Assembly: GCA_963842445.1 (NCBI GenBank)
Contig: CAWJHF010000009.1
Coordinates: 89,086-153,085 of the forward strand
Reading direction: 5' to 3'
Length of the DNA stretch: 64,000 nt
Source: an uncultured Verrucomicrobiae bacterium
GTDB lineage: Bacteria > Verrucomicrobiota > Verrucomicrobiia > Limisphaerales > UBA11358
In this document: positions 28,683 through 38,254 of the stretch, piece after piece
Numbering within the stretch: the stretch's first letter is position 1
How the letters are laid out: every line of letters starts with the position of its first letter
Notes under the pieces: model-generated
Seen by the model: the letters and a program-made list of their open reading frames with translations, nothing else
Told to the model about the DNA's origin: nothing
The model's database searches: none
Program-made: the position numbers and the translations under genes

Positions 28683-29498
28683 TCAAATCTTCACGGCATC
28701 AATTTCCAGCCGCACCATGCGGACATGGACGTGCCCGGTGTCGTCCGGTGGATGTTTGGCCAGGTATCGGCCTGTGACCGCAGCGATGAATTCCTCACGC
28801 AAATCCTCCGGCACACGCTGGACGTAAGGCAGCCAGGTCGTGCGCAACCATGACGCAAAGCCTTTGCGCTCGTCGTAAGTTGCATCCTTCGGCGACAGCC
28901 GCACACCCAATGATTTGAACCCAAACCTCGGCAGCCATTTTTCATAGCTCTCCGGGCTGTAAAAAAAATAAGGCTTCTCCAACTTCCGGAAAAACTCGCG
29001 CCAGCGTTTGAGCCGCATTTCCGGCCGCAACGCCACAAACACGTCCTGCGCGTTACCCCTGCCGCCGCACGAAACCACCAGGCGTCCGCCCGAACGCAGG
29101 CACGCCGCCACGCCGCGCAAAAACGCCTGATGATCGTCCATCCAATGCAGAGCCGCGTTTGAAAAAATGACGTCAAATTTTCGCCCAAACCGGATTTTGT
29201 GCGCGTCCATGACTTGAAATTTCAAGTTGGGAACTTTGCCGGATGGAAAAGCAGTGCGAGCGAATTTGATCATTTGCGGCGAGGCGTCAATACCCACCAC
29301 GGAACCGCGCGGCACGGCCTGGGCGATTTCGGCGCTGACCTTGCCATCGCCGCAGCCGACATCAAGGACGTGCTCATTACCCCGCAGGTTGAGTCTGGCG
29401 ATGAGTTCGCGCGCCCAGGCTTGTTGCACGACCGAATTCGCGGCGTAATCGGCGGCGTTCCACCTGGCTACCCTTTTCTTTGTAAGAGACGAGGTCAC
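28683..29498 (-). CDS. Class I SAM-dependent methyltransferase (Tam-like)
   Basis: Motif I VLDVGCGDGKVS, post-I GIDASPQM. The only available start (GTG 29498) lies inside a family A repeat. Confidence 0.85.
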   Translation of the reverse strand: MTSSLTKKRVARWNAADYAANSVVQQAWARELIARLNLRGNEHVLDVGCGDGKVSAEIAQAVPRGSVVGIDASPQMIKFARTAFPSGKVPNLKFQVMDAHKIRFGRKFDVIFSNAALHWMDDHQAFLRGVAACLRSGGRLVVSCGGRGNAQDVFVALRPEMRLKRWREFFRKLEKPYFFYSPESYEKWLPRFGFKSLGVRLSPKDATYDERKGFASWLRTTWLPYVQRVPEDLREEFIAAVTGRYLAKHPPDDTGHVHVRMVRLEIDAVKI

Positions 29499-29545
29499 GA
29501 GACTCTATTTTCTTTTGGTCAGAGACTCCTGACGTCGTCTCCCAC
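29481..29545. repeat. Palindromic element, family A (diverged copy)
   Basis: gtaagagacgaggtcacgagactc - spacer - gagactcctgacgtcgtctcccac. Confidence 0.7.
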
Positions 29546-29553
29546 CTTAAAAC

Positions 29554-30594
29554 TCAGACCAACCCCGCCGTTTCCTGGAAACCGCAGAGGAGGTTCAGGC
29601 TTTGCACGGCCTGGCCGCTCGCGCCCTTGACCAAATTGTCCTCGGCGCTCATGACGATGAGCCGGTCCGTGCGCGGGTCGAGCCGCCACGCGATTTCAAT
29701 GACATTCGTGCCGGTGACATTCTTCGTATCCGGCAGATTTTTGCCGTCGAGCACGCGAACGAACGGTTCATTGCCGTAGGCTTTCTGGTAGCAGGCGGCA
29801 ATCTTCTCCGCGTCAACGGATTTATCCGCCGGCGCAAGGTAAAGCGTCGTCAAAATGCCGCGATTCACCGGAATCAGATGCGGTGTAAACTGGATAGTGA
29901 CCTTGACGCCCGCCGCCAGCGAAAGCTGCTCCTCGATTTCCGACAAATGCCGGTGTTTGGGCACAGCGTATGGCCGGACACTTTCGTTGCACTCGCAAAA
30001 AAGATAGTCCGCCTCGGCCTTGCGGCCCGCCCCGCTCACACCGCTCAATGAATCGGCGATGATGCCGACCGGTTTGATCAACCCCGCCTTCAACAACGGA
30101 ATCACCGGCAGCAAAATGCTGGTCGGGTAACAGCCGGGTGACGCGACGAGCAGGGCTTTTTTGATTTCCGCACGATAAATTTCCGGCAACCCGTACACGG
30201 ATTTTTTCAGCAAATCCGGTGCGGGATGGTCGTGCGCGTAAAATTCCTTGTAGATTTCCGCGCTCTTGAGCCGGAAATCCGCGCTGAGGTCTATCACGAG
30301 GCAGCCGGCGTCCAGCAGCGGCACAGTGTATTCGGCAGCGACGCCGTGAGGCAAAGCCAGAAACACCACGTCTACCTGCTTGGCCAGCAGCTCGGCCTTC
30401 GGTTCGGTGAATCGCAGGGATTTTGATTTGGGATGGCTGGCAAATTTCGGAAAGACCTGGGCGAGCGTCTGCCCGGCGTTCTGGCGCGAGGTCACGGCCA
30501 CCAGCTCCACGTGGGGATGGTTCAACAATAACCGGACGAGTTCCTCGCCGGAGTAACCGGATGCGCCGATGATGGCGATTTTCTTCGATTTCAT
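29554..30594 (-). CDS. argC: N-acetyl-gamma-glutamyl-phosphate reductase
   Basis: ATG at 30594. MKSKKIAIIGASGYSGEEL and active-site SPGCYPTS. Confidence 0.92.
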   Translation of the reverse strand: MKSKKIAIIGASGYSGEELVRLLLNHPHVELVAVTSRQNAGQTLAQVFPKFASHPKSKSLRFTEPKAELLAKQVDVVFLALPHGVAAEYTVPLLDAGCLVIDLSADFRLKSAEIYKEFYAHDHPAPDLLKKSVYGLPEIYRAEIKKALLVASPGCYPTSILLPVIPLLKAGLIKPVGIIADSLSGVSGAGRKAEADYLFCECNESVRPYAVPKHRHLSEIEEQLSLAAGVKVTIQFTPHLIPVNRGILTTLYLAPADKSVDAEKIAACYQKAYGNEPFVRVLDGKNLPDTKNVTGTNVIEIAWRLDPRTDRLIVMSAEDNLVKGASGQAVQSLNLLCGFQETAGLV

Positions 30595-30607
30595 AATCGT
30601 GTCAAAC

Positions 30608-30677
30608 GTTGGAGTAATGGAGTAATGGAGTAATGGAATTTTGCAACACTCCATTTCTCCAACACTCCATTTCCCCA
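30608..30677. repeat. Inverted tandem repeat (ggagtaatgg x3 / ctccatttc x2)
   Basis: ttggagtaatggagtaatggagtaatgg ... caacactccatttctccaacactccatttcccc. Confidence 0.6.
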
Positions 30678-30678
30678 A

Positions 30679-30712
30679 TAAAAAAAGCCCCGCCGGTTTT
30701 GCCAGCGGGGCC
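30679..30712 (-). terminator. Rho-independent terminator after rpsI
   Basis: Minus strand reads ggccccgctggcaaaaccggcggggc followed by TTTTTTTATT. Confidence 0.7.
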
Positions 30713-30729
30713 TGGAAATTTCCACGCGA

Positions 30730-31131
30730 TTAACGTTTCGAGTATTGGAACCGTTTGCGCGCGCCCGGCTGGCCGTATTTCTTGCGCTCTTTCATGCGCG
30801 AATCGCGCGTGAGCAGGCCCTCGGCCTTGAGCGCGCCGCGCAGCGTGGCGTCGGCCACAATCAGCGCCCGGGCAATCCCATGCCGCACCGCGCCGGCCTG
30901 CCCGTTCGGGCCGCCGCCGGTGACATTGACGCGCACATCAAATTTCTCCGCCGTGCCGGTGGTGGTCAACGGTTGCGCCGCCGTCGAGCGCAGGGTCTCG
31001 AGCGGGAAATAATTTTCAAACGCCCGGCCATTCACGGTGATTTTGCCGGAGCCGGACGCAAGCCGGACGCGGGCGATGGCGGTCTTGCGCCGTCCGGTGC
31101 CGAGAAATTCGTTGGTTTTCGTTTCAGCCAT
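30730..31131 (-). CDS. rpsI: 30S ribosomal protein S9
   Basis: [14 protein letters not shown]... and C-terminal [17 protein letters not shown]. Confidence 0.96.
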   Translation of the reverse strand: MAETKTNEFLGTGRRKTAIARVRLASGSGKITVNGRAFENYFPLETLRSTAAQPLTTTGTAEKFDVRVNVTGGGPNGQAGAVRHGIARALIVADATLRGALKAEGLLTRDSRMKERKKYGQPGARKRFQYSKR

Positions 31132-31145
31132 CGATCAGTTGATTA

Positions 31146-31172
31146 TTGAGAGTTGAGAGTTGAGGGTTGAGG
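31146..31172. repeat. Short tandem repeat (ttgagRg x4) between rpsI and rplM
   Basis: ttgagagttgagagttgagggttgaggg. Confidence 0.5.
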
Positions 31173-31177
31173 GAAAA

Positions 31178-31612
31178 TCAGGCCGCGGCCTTGAGCGGTT
31201 CCGGCTTTTGCGCGGCATGGGGATGTTTCGGACCTTTGAACACCTTCAGTTTGGTCAACAACCGGTCACCCAGCCGGTTCTTCGGAATCATGCCTTTGAC
31301 CGCGTGCATGACGAGTTTTTCGGGATGCCTCGCCCGGATTTGTTCAACGGTCCGGTATTTTTCGCCGCCCTTCCAGCCGGAATAGGTCATGAATTCCTTG
31401 GCCGTTTCCTTTTTGCCCGTGAGCCGGACTTTTTCGGCGTTGACGACAACGACAAAGTCGCCAGCGTCGAGGTGAGGCGTGTACACGGGCTTGTTTTTGC
31501 CGCGTAAAATGTCGGCAACCTGCACAGCCAGCCGTCCGAGCACGGCGCCGTCGGCGTCAATCACGTGCCATTTCCGCTGGTCCAAATTCACTTTGGGCAA
31601 ATGCGTTTTCAT
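31178..31612 (-). CDS. rplM: 50S ribosomal protein L13
   Basis: RKWHVIDADGAVLGRLA..., YTPHLDAGDFVVVVNA, YSGWKGG. Confidence 0.96.
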   Translation of the reverse strand: MKTHLPKVNLDQRKWHVIDADGAVLGRLAVQVADILRGKNKPVYTPHLDAGDFVVVVNAEKVRLTGKKETAKEFMTYSGWKGGEKYRTVEQIRARHPEKLVMHAVKGMIPKNRLGDRLLTKLKVFKGPKHPHAAQKPEPLKAAA

Positions 31613-31707
31613 TCAAACGAAGGACGGAGAATTTATCAGACGCGCGAATGAAGTCAACAGGGCATCAATGAACGAACATTGACCTTCCATTTTCAACTTC
31701 GAACATG

Positions 31708-31739
31708 ATATATCAACATATCCAGATACGTTGATATAT
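31708..31739. promoter_or_regulatory. Perfect 10-bp inverted repeat in the rplM/metH divergent promoter region
   Basis: ATATATCAAC - 12 nt - GTTGATATAT in an AT-rich stretch. Confidence 0.4.
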
Positions 31740-31796
31740 TTTATTTGCTTCCTGTGAACAAAAGGTTATTTTACACGCAGCATTGCCAATATTGAA

Positions 31797-34700
31797 TTGA
31801 ACCGTGTGAACACAAAATTGAACAGGGCCGCCGAATTGGAGCGTTTGCTGCGCGAGCGCATCGTGATCCTTGATGGCGCGATGGGCACGACGATTCAGCA
31901 GCGCAAGTTGACGGAAGCCGATTTCCGCGGCGCGCGGTTTGCGGATTGGCGCGGCAAGGAACTCAAAGGCTGCAACGACCTGCTGAACGTCACGCGGCCG
32001 GACATCATCGAGGACATTCATCGCGAATACCTCGAAGCCGGTGCGGACATCATCGAGACGAACACGTTTAATTCACAGGCCGTTTCGCTGGCCGATTATG
32101 GCCTGGAATCGCTCGCCTATGAACTGTCCAAGGCCGGCGCGGAATGCGCCCGGCGCGCGGCGGACACGGCGGAACAAACGCAGCCGGGCCGCGTCTGTTT
32201 TGTGGCCGGAGCCATCGGGCCGACGACAAAGACATCGTCCATTTCGACCGACGTGAACAATCCGGCGGCGCGCGGCTGCACTTACGATGAACTGGTCGCA
32301 GCGTATTCGGAACAGGTCCGCGGGTTGCTCGATGGCGGCGCGGATTTGCTGCTGGTGGAAACGATTTTTGACACTCTGAACGCAAAGGCGGCATTTTTTG
32401 CGATCCAGAACATATTTGATGAGCGCGGGATTGAGCCGCTTCAAAGCAGGACAGGCGTCGCGCCTGTCTCTGACTTTTCGGAAATAAAAAATGGAGACAG
32501 GCGGGATGCCTGTCCTACGAAAGTTGTTCCCATTCTCGCCTCCGTCACGTTCATCCAGGCGGGCAGCAATCGCGGTGTGACCGGCCAGACCGTCGAGGCG
32601 TTTTGGAATTCCATTTCGCACGTTCCGCTGTTGAGCGTCGGCATGAACTGCGCGCTCGGACCGAAGGAACTGCGTCCGCTCATCGAAGAGCTTTCCGGCA
32701 TCGCGCCGATCTACGTCAGCGCATATCCGAATGCCGGCCTGCCGAATCCACTTTTGCCGACGGGTTTTCCCGAAACACCGGAAACCCTCGCGCCGCAACT
32801 GCGCGAGTGGGCGCAAAACGGCTGGCTCAACATCGTCGGCGGTTGCTGCGGCACCACGCCGGCGCACATCAAGGCGATTGCCGAAGCAGTCCGCGGAATT
32901 CCGCCGCGCAAGGTGCCGGTGGTTGAACCGTATTTACGTTTGAGCGGACTCGACGCGCTGACGGTCCGTCCGAATTCCAATTTTCTGAACATCGGCGAGC
33001 GTACGAACGTCGCCGGCTCGCCGAAATTCGCGCAGCTCATCAAGGCCGGCGATTACGAAGCCGCGCTCGCCGTCGCACGCCAGCAGGTCGAGAACGGCGC
33101 GCAGGTCATTGACGTCTGCATGGACGAAGGGATGATTGACGGCGTCGCCGCGATGACGCGTTTCCTGAACCTCGTCGCGTCCGAACCGGACATCTGCAAG
33201 GTGCCAGTGATGGTGGACTCGTCGAAATGGGAGGTCATCGAAGCCGGCCTGAAATGCCTCCAAGGCAAGGGCATCGTGAATTCGATTTCGCTCAAGGAAG
33301 GCGAGGAAAAATTCCTGCGCCAGGCGAAACTGGTCCGCCGGTACGGCGCGGCAGTCGTCGTGATGGCGTTCGACGAACGCGGCCAAGCTGATTCGTTCGA
33401 ACGCAGGATCGCAGTCTGCCAACGCGCCTACGATTTGCTTGTCGGGCAGGTTGGCTTCCCATCGCAGGACATCATTTTCGATCCGAACGTGCTGACTGTC
33501 GGCACCGGCATGGAGGAACACGCGAATTATGCCGTGGATTTCATCCGGGCGACGAAATGGATCAAGGAAAACCTGCCGCACGCGAAAGTCAGCGGCGGCA
33601 TCAGCAACATTTCATTTTCGTTTCGCGGCAACAACACCGTGCGCGAGGCGATGCACTCGGCGTTTCTTTATCACGCCATCCAGGCGGGTCTCGATATGGG
33701 GATTGTTAATGCCGGCCAGCTTGCCGTCTATGACGAAGTGCCGAAGGACCTTTTGGAATTGGTCGAGGATGTTTTGCGCAACCGCCGTCCGGACGCAACC
33801 GAACGGCTGATCAAATTTGCCGAGTCCGTGAAGCAGAAAGGCAAGGCCGAGGCCGTCGAGGACGAATGGCGCAAGGGCACTGTCGAGGAACGGCTCACGC
33901 ACGCGCTCGTCAAAGGCATCGTGGATTTTATTGACCAGGATATCGAGGAAGCACGGCAGAAATTTGCGCGGCCCTTGCAAGTCATCGAAGGCCCGCTCAT
34001 GGCCGGCATGAATGTCGTCGGCGATTTGTTCGGTTCAGGCAAAATGTTCCTGCCACAGGTGGTGAAGTCCGCCCGGGTGATGAAAAAAGCCGTGGCGTAT
34101 CTGTTGCCGTACATGGAAGCGGAGAAAAAGGCCGCCGGTGGCGTGCATAAAAACGCCGGGAAAATCCTCGTGGCCACTGTCAAAGGTGACGTGCATGACA
34201 TTGGCAAAAACATCGTTGGCGTCGTGCTCGCCTGCAATAATTACGAAGTCATTGACCTCGGCGTGATGGTGCCGTGCGAAAAAATCCTCCAGACCGCGCG
34301 GGAACAAAAGGTGGACATCATCGGTTTGAGCGGGCTGATCACGCCGTCGCTCGACGAGATGACGCACGTCGCGCACGAGCTGGAGCGCGAAGGATGCAGG
34401 CTGCCGTTGCTCATCGGCGGCGCGACGACGAGCAAGGCCCATACGGCGGTGAAGATTGCGCCCGGCTACAGCCAGCCGGTCGTTCACGTGCTCGATGCCA
34501 GCCGCGCCGTGCCGGTCGTCAGCAATTTAATCAGCGCGGAAAACAGGCCCGCGTTCGCGCAGGAAATCCGCGTAGAATACGACCGCATCCGCTCACAGCA
34601 CGGTGGCAGAACGGCAAAACTGGTTTCCATCGAAGAAGCCCGCGCCCGTGCGCCAAAGCTGGGCTTCGACAATCTGCCCAAACCGGAGTTCACTGGCATC

Positions 34701-35627
34701 CGCGCGTTGTCGTCCGATGTCACCACGCTCAACACCCAGCACTCCGCGCGCATCACGCTTTCGGAGCTGTTGCCTTTCATTGACTGGTCGCCGTTCTTCC
34801 ACACCTGGGAATTGCGCGGCCGTTATCCCGCGATTCTGAATCACGAAAAGCATGGCGAAGAGGCGCGCAAACTTTTTGCCGACGCGCAGAAGCTGCTCGA
34901 AGAGATGGTCAGCAGGAAGCTGATTCAGCCGCGGGGTGTTTATGGATTATTCCCGGCGAACCGGGCTGGCGATGACGTGGAACTCTACACCGATGAATCG
35001 CGGGCAAAGGTTTTGACAACCTTTCATTTCCTGCGTCAACAGATCGCCAAGGACGATGGCACGCCGAACTGGTGTCTGGCGGATTTTGTTGCCCCGAGAC
35101 CCGATTATATCGGCGCATTCGCCGTCACGACAGGCCACGGGCTTGACGAAGTGGTCAAAAAGTTCAAGGCCGACCACGATGACTACAATGCCATCATGGC
35201 CGAGGCGCTGGCGGACCGGCTGGCCGAGGCCTTCGCGGAATATTTGCACAAGCGCGTCCGGGAGGAATGGGGTTACGGCAAAACGGAAAGGCTGACGACC
35301 GAGGATCTCATCGCCGAAAAGTATCGCGGCATCCGCCCGGCGGCGGGTTATCCCGCGTGCCCCGATCACACTGAAAAGCAAATTCTTTGGAAGCTTCTCG
35401 ACGTTGAAAAAAATGCCGGCATCAAACTGACGGAAAGCTTCGCCATGTGGCCGGGGAGTTCCGTGAGCGGACTCTATTTCGCGCACCCGGAATCAAAGTA
35501 TTTCGCCGTCGGCAAACTTGGCCGCGACCAGCTTCTGGATTACCACCGGCGCAAAGGAATGACCTTGCCAGAGGTGGAAAGATGGTTGGGGCCGTATTTG
35601 AATTACGACCCGGTTAAAAACTCCTGA
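31797..35627 (+). CDS. metH: Cobalamin-dependent methionine synthase, carrying an in-frame family B element
   Basis: 1276 aa with Hcy-binding, pterin-binding, B12-binding ([11 protein letters not shown]) and AdoMet-activation domains. TTG 31797 or GTG 31806 start. Inserted peptide [25 protein letters not shown]. Confidence 0.95.
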   Translation: MNRVNTKLNRAAELERLLRERIVILDGAMGTTIQQRKLTEADFRGARFADWRGKELKGCNDLLNVTRPDIIEDIHREYLEAGADIIETNTFNSQAVSLADYGLESLAYELSKAGAECARRAADTAEQTQPGRVCFVAGAIGPTTKTSSISTDVNNPAARGCTYDELVAAYSEQVRGLLDGGADLLLVETIFDTLNAKAAFFAIQNIFDERGIEPLQSRTGVAPVSDFSEIKNGDRRDACPTKVVPILASVTFIQAGSNRGVTGQTVEAFWNSISHVPLLSVGMNCALGPKELRPLIEELSGIAPIYVSAYPNAGLPNPLLPTGFPETPETLAPQLREWAQNGWLNIVGGCCGTTPAHIKAIAEAVRGIPPRKVPVVEPYLRLSGLDALTVRPNSNFLNIGERTNVAGSPKFAQLIKAGDYEAALAVARQQVENGAQVIDVCMDEGMIDGVAAMTRFLNLVASEPDICKVPVMVDSSKWEVIEAGLKCLQGKGIVNSISLKEGEEKFLRQAKLVRRYGAAVVVMAFDERGQADSFERRIAVCQRAYDLLVGQVGFPSQDIIFDPNVLTVGTGMEEHANYAVDFIRATKWIKENLPHAKVSGGISNISFSFRGNNTVREAMHSAFLYHAIQAGLDMGIVNAGQLAVYDEVPKDLLELVEDVLRNRRPDATERLIKFAESVKQKGKAEAVEDEWRKGTVEERLTHALVKGIVDFIDQDIEEARQKFARPLQVIEGPLMAGMNVVGDLFGSGKMFLPQVVKSARVMKKAVAYLLPYMEAEKKAAGGVHKNAGKILVATVKGDVHDIGKNIVGVVLACNNYEVIDLGVMVPCEKILQTAREQKVDIIGLSGLITPSLDEMTHVAHELEREGCRLPLLIGGATTSKAHTAVKIAPGYSQPVVHVLDASRAVPVVSNLISAENRPAFAQEIRVEYDRIRSQHGGRTAKLVSIEEARARAPKLGFDNLPKPEFTGIRALSSDVTTLNTQHSARITLSELLPFIDWSPFFHTWELRGRYPAILNHEKHGEEARKLFADAQKLLEEMVSRKLIQPRGVYGLFPANRAGDDVELYTDESRAKVLTTFHFLRQQIAKDDGTPNWCLADFVAPRPDYIGAFAVTTGHGLDEVVKKFKADHDDYNAIMAEALADRLAEAFAEYLHKRVREEWGYGKTERLTTEDLIAEKYRGIRPAAGYPACPDHTEKQILWKLLDVEKNAGIKLTESFAMWPGSSVSGLYFAHPESKYFAVGKLGRDQLLDYHRRKGMTLPEVERWLGPYLNYDPVKNS
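32446..32518. repeat. Palindromic element, family B, inside metH
   Basis: aggacaggcgtcgcgcctgtctc - spacer - gagacaggcgggatgcctgtcctac. Same reading frame as the trpC copy. Confidence 0.85.
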
Positions 35628-35798
35628 AATTGCCGAATCCACAGGAATGCAGTTCATCCGCGGCATACCGGCAACAGCTCAGGTTTGAAGCGATTCATCG
35701 CCTTCGTCACGCTGCCCGGTTCAGCAATCTGTTTCGCCGGGTCGAATTCCAAATTGCGGAATCGAATTGGGGGACTTTTGACCTTGTGCTTGGGGTGC

Positions 35799-36734
35799 TC
35801 AACGCGCCAAGGCGGTTTTTTTGCGCCTTGTCCGGCTTGGTTTCCGTGCGGCAATTTTCCTGACGCGCACGAAAGCGGTTTGCCGCGATGTCTCGCCGTT
35901 TTTTTGCGGCGCGGTCAGCAAATGGTCGCCGTTCTTCTCCGCCGGTTCCGAGGCCGGTTCCGGTGTTGGTTCCCGCGTGATGATTGCCGTGTCGAACCCG
36001 GCAACCACCGGCCACGATCCCCCACCGTTTTCGTGCGGGGCGGGTGGTGGGTGTTCGCCGTTTTTCTCCGCCGGTTCCAGTGCCGGTTTCTGCGCGGCAA
36101 TTTCCTGGTCGAATCCGGCGACCACCGGTGGCGGTTCCTCGCCGTTTTTGGGGGGGGCGGTCAGCGGGTGTTCGCCGTCTTTCTCCGCCGGTCCCTGTGT
36201 CAATGCGGGCTGCTGTTCGACAGTTTCTGTTTGCGGCCCGGTTACGGCCGGCGGCAAGGTTTTCTCGTTTTGACGCGACGCGGCCAGCAGCGCCTGCAAA
36301 TTTTTCTCCAGTTGTTCCTGCACCTGTTTCCGTTCGGCAATTTCTGTTTCATGCCGGTTGATCGTCTGGCGCAATTTCTCGTTGGTTTTGATCAATTCCA
36401 CCCACTGTTCCTTGACTTGCAATTCCCATTTGTCCAGCGCCTGTCGTTTCGCCGCCTCTTCCTGCAGGAAGGTCTTGAGGCCGGGATAAAAACGCACCAC
36501 TCCCACAAGCAGCAGGAAGGAGTAAATGATGTCCACTTTGATTCCCCACTGGGCGTCGGCGTCAAGTGGTTCCACCGCGAGGAACAAACTCATCAGCGCC
36601 ATAAATGAGAGCGCGCCAAAAAGCAACCACCTCATGAGCGTTGATTTGAAAAGCCGACCCAGGCACAGCGCGTAACAAGCCACCCCAAACTGCAGCAGCC
36701 CTGATGTCAGGCGGAAAATGTCGATGTCGTTCAT
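35799..36734 (-). CDS. Membrane protein with coiled-coil and Pro-rich tandem-repeat tail
   Basis: ATG at 36734. Three or four TM helices, heptad-like segment (LDKWELQVKEQWVELIKTNEKLRQTINRHETEIAERKQVQEQLEKNLQ), then 2.5 copies of PAEKxGEHP...NGE..VVAGFD. Confidence 0.6.
   Translation of the reverse strand: MNDIDIFRLTSGLLQFGVACYALCLGRLFKSTLMRWLLFGALSFMALMSLFLAVEPLDADAQWGIKVDIIYSFLLLVGVVRFYPGLKTFLQEEAAKRQALDKWELQVKEQWVELIKTNEKLRQTINRHETEIAERKQVQEQLEKNLQALLAASRQNEKTLPPAVTGPQTETVEQQPALTQGPAEKDGEHPLTAPPKNGEEPPPVVAGFDQEIAAQKPALEPAEKNGEHPPPAPHENGGGSWPVVAGFDTAIITREPTPEPASEPAEKNGDHLLTAPQKNGETSRQTAFVRVRKIAARKPSRTRRKKTALAR
35880..36191. repeat. About 120-bp tandem coding repeat (2.5 copies)
   Basis: Repeated ...ttctccgccggttcc...ggtcgaa(t/c)ccgg(c)gaccaccgg... 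units, mirrored as PAEK(D/N)G(E/D)H peptide repeats. Confidence 0.75.
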
Positions 36735-37200
36735 ATTGATATGGCAACCTCTGCCCGGGTTAGAGCAGGAAAAAGGCCAAAGAAACTGTAACGGATGCAA
36801 GGGCATACGACGTGGAAAAAGGCACCCCATACCTCCCCAAATGCCAGAATCTGGGACAGTGGTAAACTGGCCAGGGCGCACGTTCCTACAGTGTCGGCAA
36901 CGCGACCAGCGGCTCAAAGGAAGCGGCAAAGTCCATGAAAAGCAAATAAGCGCAGGACCTGTGTCGCGGTCTTTGCCAGGTGCGAAACCCCGGCACGCGG
37001 CGTCAGGGCATCCTTGCGGCGGAACTTTTCCATATGCTTTTCGGCAAAAGGCGAGAACGATGAATCCAATCTGACCGCCGACAAATACCATCAAGCGGCT
37101 CGAAAAAACGAAGTCACGTCAAGCCGGACTTGCCATTCCTGCAATACCCCTCCACCACCAGAAGCGCACGGTTCCAAAACTCTCGAATGCCAATAAAATC

Positions 37201-37230
37201 AACATTAATTTAATTTGAGGCATTAATGTT
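37201..37230. promoter_or_regulatory. Perfect 9-bp inverted repeat upstream of the cytochrome operon
   Basis: AACATTAAT - 12 nt - ATTAATGTT inside a strongly AT-rich 150-bp island, about 140 bp before 37371. Confidence 0.4.
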
Positions 37231-37370
37231 TAATAATACGAAAAGTAAATTCAAAAATTGTCAAAGTTTAGCCAAAACAAGGTTAGTCATTTTGCTGACT
37301 TTCAGCAATCTTTCTGTTTGAAAGGCGCGAAAACGGCGCCGGTAACGACCAACAAACATAAAAACCAACA

Positions 37371-37715
37371 ATGAAAAAGATACTTGTACTTGCAACCGTA
37401 TTTGGCTTCGCCGCCGTGCTAAATGTCTCGGCTGCGGATGCCAAAGCAAACTGGGATTCGCTCTGCGCCAAGTGCCACGGCGCGGACGGTAAGGGCCAGA
37501 CCAAGATCGGCGCGAAGCTCGGCGTCAAGGACTTCACGGATGCCAAGGTTCAGGCGGCCATCAAGGATGAAGACGCGGTGAAAGCCATTAAAGATGGCAT
37601 CAAGGATGCGGATGGCAGGACGAAGATGAAGGCGTTCGTTACCGGGGTGGATACCCCCCTATCGGACGACGAAGTCAAGGCTCTGGTCGCCTACGTCCGC
37701 GGTTTGAAGACGTAG
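37371..37715 (+). CDS. Monoheme class I c-type cytochrome (paralog 1)
   Basis: Signal peptide, single CAKCH motif, distal Met candidate (TKMKAF). Very similar in sequence pattern to the 40760 ORF. Confidence 0.85.
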   Translation: MKKILVLATVFGFAAVLNVSAADAKANWDSLCAKCHGADGKGQTKIGAKLGVKDFTDAKVQAAIKDEDAVKAIKDGIKDADGRTKMKAFVTGVDTPLSDDEVKALVAYVRGLKT

Positions 37716-37801
37716 CAGGGTTTGCAGACGAGGATTGCTGGACTAACAATTTGAAAAGGCAGTCCTCGTCCATCTGAAAAGTCAAACCAAAGCCCGGCAT
37801 T

Positions 37802-38254
37802 ATGCGCCCCTTCAAATTGCCACCGCAAATTCTGCGATTGGTTTTGCTGACGCTGGCCATCGTCGGGTCATATCTGGTCGCACGGGCTTTCCTTACCCCG
37901 CCGTCCTTTGGTCAATACGGCTGGTATCGTGGAGCGGCACTGGCGGAGATTGCGGCGCGGCCACCCGTATTTGCAGGCAAGCAGGCGTGCGATGAATGTC
38001 ACTCCGACATCCTGCACAAGCTGGCGGCGGATGCGCACAAGACGCTTTCCTGCGAGGCCTGCCACGGCGTGAGTCGGGAGCATTGCGACAACCCGGACAT
38101 CCTGCCGGTCAAGGCAACCGGCAGCTATTGCCTTCGTTGCCACGAAGCCAATCCGGCCCGTCCGGAGTGGTTCAAGCAAATCGTCGTCAAAGATCATTAC
38201 AGCGGAAAGTGCACCGACTGCCACCTGCCGCATCAACCCAACCACACCCCATGA
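37802..38254 (+). CDS. Membrane-anchored tetraheme c-type cytochrome
   Basis: N-terminal TM helix, then CDECH, CEACH, CLRCH, CTDCH. Confidence 0.85.
   Translation: MRPFKLPPQILRLVLLTLAIVGSYLVARAFLTPPSFGQYGWYRGAALAEIAARPPVFAGKQACDECHSDILHKLAADAHKTLSCEACHGVSREHCDNPDILPVKATGSYCLRCHEANPARPEWFKQIVVKDHYSGKCTDCHLPHQPNHTP

Noticed and set aside
31613-31796. Cobalamin or SAM riboswitch upstream of metH
   Set aside because: I could not recognise a B12-box (GCCACTG-like core) or a SAM-I/II core, and the region is short and AT-rich. A covariance-model scan is needed to exclude one formally.
35685-36608. 307-aa plus-strand ORF opposite the repeat-tailed membrane protein
   Set aside because: The product is Phe/Arg/Cys/Leu-rich with no TM or domain logic. 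The minus strand gives clean TM helices, a coiled coil and coherent peptide repeats. The strand choice is still worth confirming experimentally.
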